The notes under the pieces were generated by a model. That model was not told the DNA's origin and made no database searches. It worked only from the letters and a program-made list of their open reading frames with translations. Position numbers and translations under genes: made by a program. From assembly GCA_041612255.1 (NCBI GenBank), contig JBFJJN010000009.1:33640-97639 (forward strand): a stretch of DNA of 64,000 bases, in the 5' to 3' direction. The stretch is from Methylophilaceae bacterium. Lineage in GTDB: Bacteria; Pseudomonadota; Gammaproteobacteria; Burkholderiales; Methylophilaceae. Positions 27,791 to 35,782 of the stretch are shown one piece after another; positions within the stretch are counted from its first letter, which is position 1, and the number at the start of each line of letters is the position of its first letter.

Positions 27791-27814
27791 ATTTCTGCTT
27801 TATTTAATTAATTT

Positions 27815-28033
27815 TTAAAAAGTTTTAGAGATGGCGAAAATAGTCCTGGTATCAATGCTTGATTTCTGATCAGGCCTGCCATACAAGTCATGACTGCCTT
27901 TTTTAATGTCGGTATCGTGGTAGCTTAAATCAACATTAAATCCAAACACCTTGCGGCTTAACGTCAAGTTCCAATGCGTCCAACCCAAGTCTTCAGAACC
28001 ATCACAGTTATATGAATCGCCCCAATTTCGTAG
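27815..28033 (-). pseudogene. C-terminal remnant of a Gcw_chp (TIGR02001-like) outer-membrane beta-barrel gene
   Basis: My translation: LRNWGDSYNCDGSEDLGWTHWNLTLSRKVFGFNVDLSYHDTDIKKGSHDLYGRPDQKSSIDTRTIFAISKTF*. No start codon, and it is preceded by two stops. The alternating beta-strand pattern and the ...ISKTF terminus match what I recall of that family. Family assignment is from memory. Confidence 0.4.
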
Positions 28034-28234
28034 TCACTAATCAGCCATCGTTGTAAGTTGATTCTCGTAGCCTATCGGAGAAAGCAAGTTAATGGATGTT
28101 GAGTGTATTAACAAATTGATTAAGTTGGCCAGTCAAGATTTCAAGCGTTCATGCAACACGAAGAAGGGGAACAAAAGTCCTAGCGATGCGACAAAGTGGG
28201 ATGAATTAATAAAGTTTGATACTATTCAAAACTC

Positions 28235-29629
28235 ATGCTGCCAATCATCACCTATTTAGATTTAGAAACCACAGGCGCAACGCCTTTAAGAGATCGGATC
28301 ACTGAAATTGCCCTAGTGCGATTTGAAGGCGGTATTGAAGTGGCGCGTTGGCAAACATTAGTGAATCCTGAAACCTCTATCCCACCGTTCATCCAGCAAT
28401 TAACAGGTATCTCCAATGACATGGTGCAAGAAGCGCCTACTTTTGCACAAGTTGCAGATAAGTTAGCTGCATTTTTAGAAGGTTCTGTCATGGCTGCACA
28501 TAATGTGCGATTTGATCATGGCTTTTTAAAAAGCGAATATAGACGACTCGGTCAAACTTTACGACAGCGCGTTCTATGCACAGTGAAATTATCACGTAAG
28601 CTTTACCCAGAACACAGAGGCCATGGTTTAGACGCAATCATGCATCGACATCAGTTAACCACTGAAATGCGGCATCGTGCCATGGGCGATGTTGAGTTGA
28701 TGATTGGATTTGTTAAGTCAGCTCAGAATGAATTAGGCAATGAATATGTTGCTGAAGCGGCCAAAGAGCTTTCTAAAAAGCCAAGTTTACCAGCCAATAT
28801 TGATAGTCATTTAGTCGATGATATCCCCGATACGCCAGGGGTTTATTTCTTCTATGGTGAGAATGATTTACCGCTTTATATTGGCAAAAGTGTTAAGTTA
28901 CGCGATCGAATTATGTCTCATTTTAGTGGGGATCATGCCTCTTCCAAAGAAATGCGAATATCACAAGAAATTAAACGCATAGACTGGATTGAAACCGCAG
29001 GAGAATTAGGCGCTTTATTACTTGAGTCAAAGCTAGTCAAAGAACGTCAGCCTATCCATAACAGACAACTAAGACGAGAGCGACAGCTTTGTACTTGGCA
29101 AATAGCCGATAATCCTGAAGAGATGCCGCAAGTAAAGCTGATAAGTGCAGCTGAAATAGAAACTAATATGCTAGGCAGGCTATTTGGTACATTCAGATCA
29201 AAAAGTAAAGCAATAGAAGCGCTACGTGACCTTGCAGAAGTACACCAGCTATGTCCAAAAGCACTAGGGTTAGAAGCTGGGAAAGGGCGCTGTTTTGCTT
29301 CGCAGTTGCATAAATGTAAAGGTGTTTGTGAGGGCAAAGAACCTAAAGCAATCCATCATCTAAGATTGCTGCAAGCACTATCAGCTCATAAACTCAAAGC
29401 ATGGCCTTATCAAGGTAAGATAGCCATAAGAGAAGTGTGCGAATTAACGGGTAGAACAGCGATGCATATTTTTGATCAGTGGTGTCATCTCACCACTGTA
29501 GACAATGAAAATGATTATGCGGAAGCGTTAAATGATAAGACTATTTTTGCATTCGACCATGACACGTATAAGCTACTTTTGAAGGCGATAAATAGTAACA
29601 AACATCATTTAATAGAAATAAATGCTTAG
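28235..29629 (+). CDS. DnaQ-like 3'-5' exonuclease fused to a GIY-YIG (Cho/UvrC-N-like) nuclease
   Basis: 464 aa. DEDDh exonuclease motifs (YLDLETTG, AHNVRFD, HRAMGDV) then GIY-YIG (GVYFFYGENDLPLYIGKSVKLRDRIMSH...E) and a UvrC-like Cys-containing segment. Confidence 0.8.
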   Translation: MLPIITYLDLETTGATPLRDRITEIALVRFEGGIEVARWQTLVNPETSIPPFIQQLTGISNDMVQEAPTFAQVADKLAAFLEGSVMAAHNVRFDHGFLKSEYRRLGQTLRQRVLCTVKLSRKLYPEHRGHGLDAIMHRHQLTTEMRHRAMGDVELMIGFVKSAQNELGNEYVAEAAKELSKKPSLPANIDSHLVDDIPDTPGVYFFYGENDLPLYIGKSVKLRDRIMSHFSGDHASSKEMRISQEIKRIDWIETAGELGALLLESKLVKERQPIHNRQLRRERQLCTWQIADNPEEMPQVKLISAAEIETNMLGRLFGTFRSKSKAIEALRDLAEVHQLCPKALGLEAGKGRCFASQLHKCKGVCEGKEPKAIHHLRLLQALSAHKLKAWPYQGKIAIREVCELTGRTAMHIFDQWCHLTTVDNENDYAEALNDKTIFAFDHDTYKLLLKAINSNKHHLIEINA

Positions 29630-29727
29630 CACTAATACCAGTCGTTTAATGCAATTGTATGAGTGAAATATAAGTCTAGTCATTTTACAGTACATCCATG
29701 AGTGTACCCATGGATGTATAAAACCAA

Positions 29728-29767
29728 AAAGGCCTACAGTGATTAAACTGTAAGCCTTTGATTTTTT
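29728..29767. terminator. Bidirectional terminator between the nuclease gene and tRNA-Arg
   Basis: aaaggcctacag / ctgtaagccttt stem. T-runs follow on both strands (gattttttt on +, tttttggtttt on -). Confidence 0.65.
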
Positions 29768-29844
29768 TGGTACGCCCGAAGAGATTCGAACTCCTGACCC
29801 CTTGGTTCGTAGCCAAGTACTCTATCCAGCTGAGCTACGGGCGC
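29768..29844 (-). tRNA. tRNA-Arg (anticodon ACG)
   Basis: Reverse complement: gcgcccgtagctcagctggatagagtacttggctACGaaccaaggggtcaggagttcgaatctcttcgggcgtacca. It folds as a cloverleaf, is near-identical in its D and anticodon arms to E. coli tRNA-Arg(ACG), and encodes the CCA. Confidence 0.93.
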
Positions 29845-29968
29845 GTTGAGGCGTGCATTATACAATTAAAAAAGAATCATGTTAAGTGTTTATTCTGCAT
29901 AGATTGATAAATATATTTGTGGAATAATTCACGACTGGATAATTCATTACTTTTCTTGGAGTAAACGC

Positions 29969-31387
29969 GTGCTTATTTGGTTTGTAATCGCTTATATCAT
30001 GGTTTCTGTAGCGATCGGTTTGCTGGCTGCGAGACGTGTCCATAACGTAAAAGATTATGCGATTGCTGGCCGGCATTTGCCTTTGCCGATTGTGATTGCA
30101 ACGGTGTTTGCCACATGGTTTGGCGCTGAGATTGTATTTGGCGTGTCTGCAACCTTTGTGCAAGATGGTCTGAATGGGCTTGGCGCTGATCCATTTGGCG
30201 CTAGTATGTGTTTGATTATTGCCGGTGTATTTTTTTCGCTTAAGTTTTATAAGTTAAATATTATTACCTTAGGCGACTTCTACCGGATGCGCTATAACCG
30301 CACGGTAGAAATTTTGACGACAATCGCCATCGTTATTTCTTATTTAGGTTGGGTTGCAGCACAAATTACTGCGCTTGGTTTGGTTTTTAATTTATTGACG
30401 CAAGGTGCAATGAGCCAGGAGGTGGGCATGGTGATTGGGACTTTGGTTGTATTGACCTATACAACATTAGGAGGGATGCGTTCGATTGCCGTATTAGATT
30501 TTGTGCAGATGATCGTGATTGTCGCGGGTTTGCTTTATATTGCCAATATAGTGGCTAGCATGACTGGTGGCGTTGCGCCAGTTGTGGCACATGCGCAAGC
30601 GGCTGGGAAGTTAGACTTCTTTCCTGATGACGCAGATGCAAGTGTGTATTTAACGTTTATCGGCGGTTGGCTAACGTTAATGCTAGGCTCTATCCCGCAG
30701 CAGGATATATTCCAACGAATTACCTCAGCAAAGAGTGTGAAAGTTGCGTTGTGGGGTTCGGTTATTGGCGCAACGCTTTACTTTTTTGCAGCTTTTATCC
30801 CGATGTTCATTGCGTATGCAGCAACCATTATTGATCCTACTGTATTTGGTCAGTTAGCAGCGGATGACTCACAGCGCGTTTTACCAACCATCATTTTGCA
30901 ACATACACCTTTATTCGCGCAGGTTATTTTTTTTGGTGCGGTGATCTCTGCCATTATGAGTACCTCTTCAGCGACATTGCTAGCGCCTTCTGTGACATTC
31001 GCTGAGAATATAGTGAAAGACTTTATGCCTAATATGACCGATAAAGAAATGCTTAAAGTCATGCGGTTTAGTTTGGTCGGTTTTGCTATTTGCGTTTTAA
31101 TCTATGCGCTCAATTCTGAGCTTTCTATCTTCGGGATGGTGGAGTCTGCTTATAAAGTAACCTTGGCTGGTGCCTTTGTGCCTTTAGTATTTGGTGCTTT
31201 TTGGAAGCGATCGACTAGCCAAGGTGCATTATTGGCGATTATATGTGGTGTTGGTAGCTGGTTATTAATTGAGTCGCTATTGGGAGAAACATTGCTGATT
31301 CCAGCTCAATTGTTAGGATTGGTTGTCAGTATCATTAGTATGATACTCGGCTCATTGTTGCCACAGCTTATTTTTAAAGAAGATTAA
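29969..31387 (+). CDS. Sodium:solute symporter (SSF) family transporter
   Basis: 472 aa, about 12-13 TM helices. The N-terminal pattern (..RRVHNVKDYAIAGRHLPL..ATWFGAE) is typical of SSF. GTG start as in the track. Confidence 0.8.
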   Translation: MLIWFVIAYIMVSVAIGLLAARRVHNVKDYAIAGRHLPLPIVIATVFATWFGAEIVFGVSATFVQDGLNGLGADPFGASMCLIIAGVFFSLKFYKLNIITLGDFYRMRYNRTVEILTTIAIVISYLGWVAAQITALGLVFNLLTQGAMSQEVGMVIGTLVVLTYTTLGGMRSIAVLDFVQMIVIVAGLLYIANIVASMTGGVAPVVAHAQAAGKLDFFPDDADASVYLTFIGGWLTLMLGSIPQQDIFQRITSAKSVKVALWGSVIGATLYFFAAFIPMFIAYAATIIDPTVFGQLAADDSQRVLPTIILQHTPLFAQVIFFGAVISAIMSTSSATLLAPSVTFAENIVKDFMPNMTDKEMLKVMRFSLVGFAICVLIYALNSELSIFGMVESAYKVTLAGAFVPLVFGAFWKRSTSQGALLAIICGVGSWLLIESLLGETLLIPAQLLGLVVSIISMILGSLLPQLIFKED

Positions 31388-32140
31388 TTTTGGATAATGC
31401 TTGTCCAGTGTGTGACCTGGTTTCTGTCAGATTCTTTTGAAGTATATAAAGCGCTATCGGCATAATCAATTAAGTTCTCAATTGAGTTAGCACCAGAGTT
31501 AATCGAGGCGACCCCAAAGCTGATTGTAACTGGCTTTATTTTTAGCGTGCGGATTGATTGATTTGCCGTTTCCTCAACTGTTTTTCTGATTCGTTCACAG
31601 ATTTCGCTGACTTTTTCATAAGAAAGGTCGGTGAGCAGTAGGCAAAACTTCTCACCAACATAGTGACCATAAATATCGTTAATGGATTTAAAGAAATAAT
31701 AAGACGGTAGGTGCAAGATAACGGTGCGTACAGAACAAGCCAATACAATAAGGGGTTGAAATCTGGGGTATGCAACGCTATTCAGTTTATTTAACTATTT
31801 TGATGGATTGCAGAGTGGAAGTTTAATGGCAAATGGATTGAGATAAGACTTCTGCTTTTGTCTGGCGCGACTGTCACGTCGTTTAAATAAGCCTTCAGTA
31901 TCGGCAATGTCTTTGTATTGTAGAAGCTCTTGCCGACAAATTTTTTCTATTAATAAATAAATGACTTAATTTTGAGTCGGTTCGTTATCTTTTTTGTCTG
32001 GCAAAACAGCACTCCACACATGTTGAACAGTTGGCTTGCCGTTGCAGCGACCAATAAATTGATAAGCGGTTGTATTAATACGGTGTTGATGCCCAACCAT
32101 TTTATCAGCAAGAGTTAGAGTTTCTGTAGTAGCAGAACAC
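31384..32140 (-). pseudogene. Decayed PAS-GGDEF diguanylate cyclase gene
   Basis: One reading frame carries a PAS-like C-terminus (FIGRCNGKPTVQHVWSAVLPDKKDN), stop TAA (31966-31968), DTEGLFKRR (cf. D.LTGL.NRR), stop TAG (31795-31797), then NDIYGHYVGEKFCLLL (GGDEF degraded to VGEKF) through to the domain end (track ORF 31384..31743). No plausible start codon. Confidence 0.6.
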
Positions 32141-32397
32141 TTACTCAGTGTTTAACAATAAGCAGCTGCTGTTAAAGTATTCAACTCTTAGGATGAAAAT
32201 GAGATTTTAGGTTTTAAGTTGGCTGTATTAGAATGAATTTTGTGGTGCTTAACTAGCGTTTCTAGATTGGTTAGCAAGGAGTATGATAATTTCTATTCGT
32301 GGAGCAACACGCAGTAATGTCTCAATTTACAATAATTAACTAGCTATATACCATCGATTATATTAACTAGTAGTTAACTAGTTGGAGTACAAATTAA

Positions 32398-35300
32398 ATG
32401 CTAACTAATTACAAAGAGCTCAAAGACAAGCTAAAAAGTAATTTATTTTTAGCTTCATTGGCGATTGCGATATGTTATTTTATTGCTGCACGTTTAAGTT
32501 TGATGCTGGCTTATGAAGGTAGCAATGCATCGCCAATCTGGCCACCATCAGGTATTGCAATTGCCTCCATTTATATTATTGGATTTCGTGTTGCACCCGC
32601 AATTGCAATTGCGGCCTTTATAGCAAATATCTTATCGTTGATGACCGGAGAAGGTGTCAACTTAAACAGTACGCTTGTTTCACTTGCCATTGCTTTAGGC
32701 AACACAGCTGAGGCCATTCTAGCTACAGTTTTGCTCAGGCGAACATTGTTAAACGCCAGTCCATTTGCCAACCCTCAAAATGTCTTCAAATTTTTAATCG
32801 TGGTGACTCTGGCTTGCGCAGTAGCCGCAAGCATAGGAACATTTAGCTTATACGCAGGAAGTCTTATTTCAGCATCAATAGCTCCGGCGGTATGGCTCAA
32901 TTGGTGGCTGGGTGATGTCGGCGGTGTGATGGTTGTTACGCCATTGATTTTGGCTTGGTTGCCAGCATTGAAGCAGCAATTAACAAAGCGAACGGTATTG
33001 GAAGTGCTCATGACTTCTTTACTGGTCTGCATCATCACTGTTGCTATTTTTAGCGGATACTTTGCAAATAATCATATTGATAGAGTATTGGTCTACTTAT
33101 CTATTTTAGCTATTGCTTGGATTGCATATCGTTTTGGACTAGCCGAAGTTACGCTAGCGATATTGGTATTCACTGCTGGTGCAATATGGGCAACGATTCA
33201 TCATTTGGGTCCTTTTAGCACAGTCGAACTTAATGACTCACTGATTTTGCTTGTTAGCTTTATCATCATGCTAGCGTTGACTGGTCTTTTATTATCTGCG
33301 GATATTGTTCACCGTTATCAAACACTCACCACACAGAGAAAATTACCCCGGTTGGAATGGACAACATTATTAAGCCTACTTGGAATGACCATTATCAGCT
33401 GGCATTTGGCTTCACTTGAGACCGCAAAGTTGAGTGAAAGTCAGTTTGCACTATCAATCAATCAAGTTCAGCTGAGAATCCAACAGCGCATGAAAATCTA
33501 TGAGGAAGTGCTGAAAGGCGGGGTTGCCTTATATGCTGCATCAGATAACATCACCCATGATGACTGGTATGCCTATTGTGAAACATTAGACTTACAGGAA
33601 AGCCTGCCAGGCATTCTAGGTTTTGGTTATGCTCAAATGCTTAAGTCATCAGAGAAAGACGCTTTTGTAAATGAGATGCGTGCTGTGAAGCCAGACTACG
33701 AGGTTAAGCCAAGTGGGCATAGAGAGTATTACGGCGCAATTAAATATCTTGAGCCAGAGGATGAGCGCAATATTGAAGCAATTGGATATGATATGTATTC
33801 AGAAGCGTCACGCCAATTAGCCATGAAGACGGCTGCGTTAAGTGGTGAAATGTCGTTGTCTAAAAAAATCACTTTGGTGCAAGAAATTGATGAAGATGTG
33901 CAAGCGGGCATTTTGATGTATTTGCCGCAATACAAAAAAGGGGTAAAGCTAAATACAACTGCTCAGCGATGGAAAGCGTTAGAAGGATTTGTTTATGCTC
34001 CTTTTCGTATGCAAAACTTATTGAACGGTATATTAAGCTCGACTTTAGTTGATATCCGATTGCAACTATTCGATGGAGATTCAACGCGGCCCGATGATTT
34101 AATGTACGACAGTCATGCCGATTTGCCTATGCAAACCGATGTGCTGGGTAGCCTTGCTAGAAAGACCTTATTTGATATTGGCGGTCATGCTTGGACGTTA
34201 AGTTTTCAGACTTTGCCATCATTTAATGAAAGAGTGGATCAACAGAAAGCACAGATTATATTGCTCTCCGGACTGCTGCTCAGTTTGTTGCTATATATGT
34301 TGGTGCGTTCGCTCAGTGTGAATCGTGAGGCAGCGCTTAATCTTGCTAAAGAGATGGCCTCAGCATTACGCGGCTCAGAAGAAAAGTTTAAATCTTTGAC
34401 GGATTCTTCCAATACTGGGATTGTAGTCACCAATAGTGATGAAGAAATTATTTATTGTAATCATGCAATCACCCTCATTTTTGGGTATTCGGATGATGAG
34501 ACACTAGGTCAAGACTTTGCATTCTTAATGGGGGGGGCAACGAAAGGCCAGCACAAAAAGGGAGAGAAGGTCAGTTTTAACCTTAGTCAATATGTTGGTA
34601 AACAATTTGATGATACAGGGATGAACAAAGCCAACCAGGCCATTCCTATCAACTGTTCTGTGAGTCAATGGGAAGATCAAGGCGAATGGTTTTATGGTAT
34701 CGCCATACAAGATATTACTGAACGAAAATTGGCAGAGACGAATTTAAAATCACTTGCCAGTCGGCTTAAATTGGCAACAGAAGCAGCTGAAGCTGGCGTT
34801 TGGGAGCTCGACGCGACCACCAAAACCATGAAGTGGGATAAAAAGATGTTCAAAATGCATGATTTAAAACTAGAACCAGATCCCAATATAAATGTCTATG
34901 ATGATTGGTTAAGTACGATTGATGCTAGCTATCGTAAAGGCGTGTTATCACAAATTAAAGCATCTTTAGACCATGCAACTTCATTCAAAAGTGAGTGGAA
35001 GAGCATAAATGGGCGAGTTTTTAGATCATTTGGATTAATCAGCCATAGTGAAAAAGACAATGCTCCTTTGCTTGTGGGGATTGACTTCGATATCACGGAG
35101 CAGCGCAACCAAGAGTTGAAAATCAAAAACGCATTAGAGGAGAAAGAAACACTACTTAAAGAGGTGTATCACCGCGTTAAAAACAACCTGCAAGTGATTA
35201 CTAGCTTATTTAATTTGCAAAGCAGATCCTTGCCTGATGGAGAGTCCAAAAATGTAATAGCCGATGCATCGTCTCGGGTTTTTTCGATGTCTCTAGTTCA

Positions 35301-35760
35301 TGAAAAACTGTATCGCTCAAAAGAACTTTCATCCATTCAACTGAATGAGTACATTCAAGATTTGTGTATAAACTTTTCACAAGCGTCTGGTCTGTCGAGC
35401 AAAAATATTAAATTTCAGTTGTCTGTACAGCCTTTATCTGTCGATTTAGATACCGCTATACCTTTAGGTTTGATTTTGAATGAGTTGATATCAAATTGTC
35501 TGAAACATGCTTTTAAAAATCAAACAGAAGGTGTTATTAGCATTACTTTAAATAACACCAACGACCACAAAGTGGAATTAACCGTTTCAGATAACGGTCA
35601 AAATGATTTGGTTAATACACCGCCTAACGGTAAGACGCTTGGACTTCAGTTAATCAATAGTTTGTGTAATCAATTAGATGGTGAGATACATCAAGAGATT
35701 AATAATGGAACAACAGTGCGCATAACCTTTAAAGAAAAAACGTTACAAAGTAGTTATTAA
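32398..35760 (+). CDS. MASE1 - CHASE - PAS - PAS - HisKA_2 sensor histidine kinase
   Basis: 1120 aa. About 8 TM helices with MASE1-like motifs (ASPIWPPSGIA, WWLGDVGGV). CHASE-like periplasmic domain (PGILGFGYA...EYYGAIKYLEPEDERNIEAIGYDMYSE). Two PAS domains. The kinase core EVYHRVKNNLQVITSLFNLQ is the HisKA_2/HWE type, followed by HATPase_c. Confidence 0.85.
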   Translation: MLTNYKELKDKLKSNLFLASLAIAICYFIAARLSLMLAYEGSNASPIWPPSGIAIASIYIIGFRVAPAIAIAAFIANILSLMTGEGVNLNSTLVSLAIALGNTAEAILATVLLRRTLLNASPFANPQNVFKFLIVVTLACAVAASIGTFSLYAGSLISASIAPAVWLNWWLGDVGGVMVVTPLILAWLPALKQQLTKRTVLEVLMTSLLVCIITVAIFSGYFANNHIDRVLVYLSILAIAWIAYRFGLAEVTLAILVFTAGAIWATIHHLGPFSTVELNDSLILLVSFIIMLALTGLLLSADIVHRYQTLTTQRKLPRLEWTTLLSLLGMTIISWHLASLETAKLSESQFALSINQVQLRIQQRMKIYEEVLKGGVALYAASDNITHDDWYAYCETLDLQESLPGILGFGYAQMLKSSEKDAFVNEMRAVKPDYEVKPSGHREYYGAIKYLEPEDERNIEAIGYDMYSEASRQLAMKTAALSGEMSLSKKITLVQEIDEDVQAGILMYLPQYKKGVKLNTTAQRWKALEGFVYAPFRMQNLLNGILSSTLVDIRLQLFDGDSTRPDDLMYDSHADLPMQTDVLGSLARKTLFDIGGHAWTLSFQTLPSFNERVDQQKAQIILLSGLLLSLLLYMLVRSLSVNREAALNLAKEMASALRGSEEKFKSLTDSSNTGIVVTNSDEEIIYCNHAITLIFGYSDDETLGQDFAFLMGGATKGQHKKGEKVSFNLSQYVGKQFDDTGMNKANQAIPINCSVSQWEDQGEWFYGIAIQDITERKLAETNLKSLASRLKLATEAAEAGVWELDATTKTMKWDKKMFKMHDLKLEPDPNINVYDDWLSTIDASYRKGVLSQIKASLDHATSFKSEWKSINGRVFRSFGLISHSEKDNAPLLVGIDFDITEQRNQELKIKNALEEKETLLKEVYHRVKNNLQVITSLFNLQSRSLPDGESKNVIADASSRVFSMSLVHEKLYRSKELSSIQLNEYIQDLCINFSQASGLSSKNIKFQLSVQPLSVDLDTAIPLGLILNELISNCLKHAFKNQTEGVISITLNNTNDHKVELTVSDNGQNDLVNTPPNGKTLGLQLINSLCNQLDGEIHQEINNGTTVRITFKEKTLQSSY

Positions 35761-35782
35761 ACCGGATATTAAGGACTAAGTA

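Noticed and set aside
29882-30194. Two minus-strand ORFs (93 and 65 aa) next to tRNA-Arg
   Set aside because: Antisense to the start of the SSF transporter gene. Both are His/Arg/Gln-rich with no recognisable motif.
31660-31700. Idea that FKSINDIYGHYVGEKF reflects an internal deletion joining the DxxHFKxIND motif to the GGDEF motif
   Set aside because: Counting residues from DTEGLFKRR to VGEKF gives a normal domain length of about 80 aa. NDIYGHYVGEKF aligns better with the usual D-l-v-a-R-y-GGEEF block. The gene is degraded by point mutations and stops, not by this deletion.
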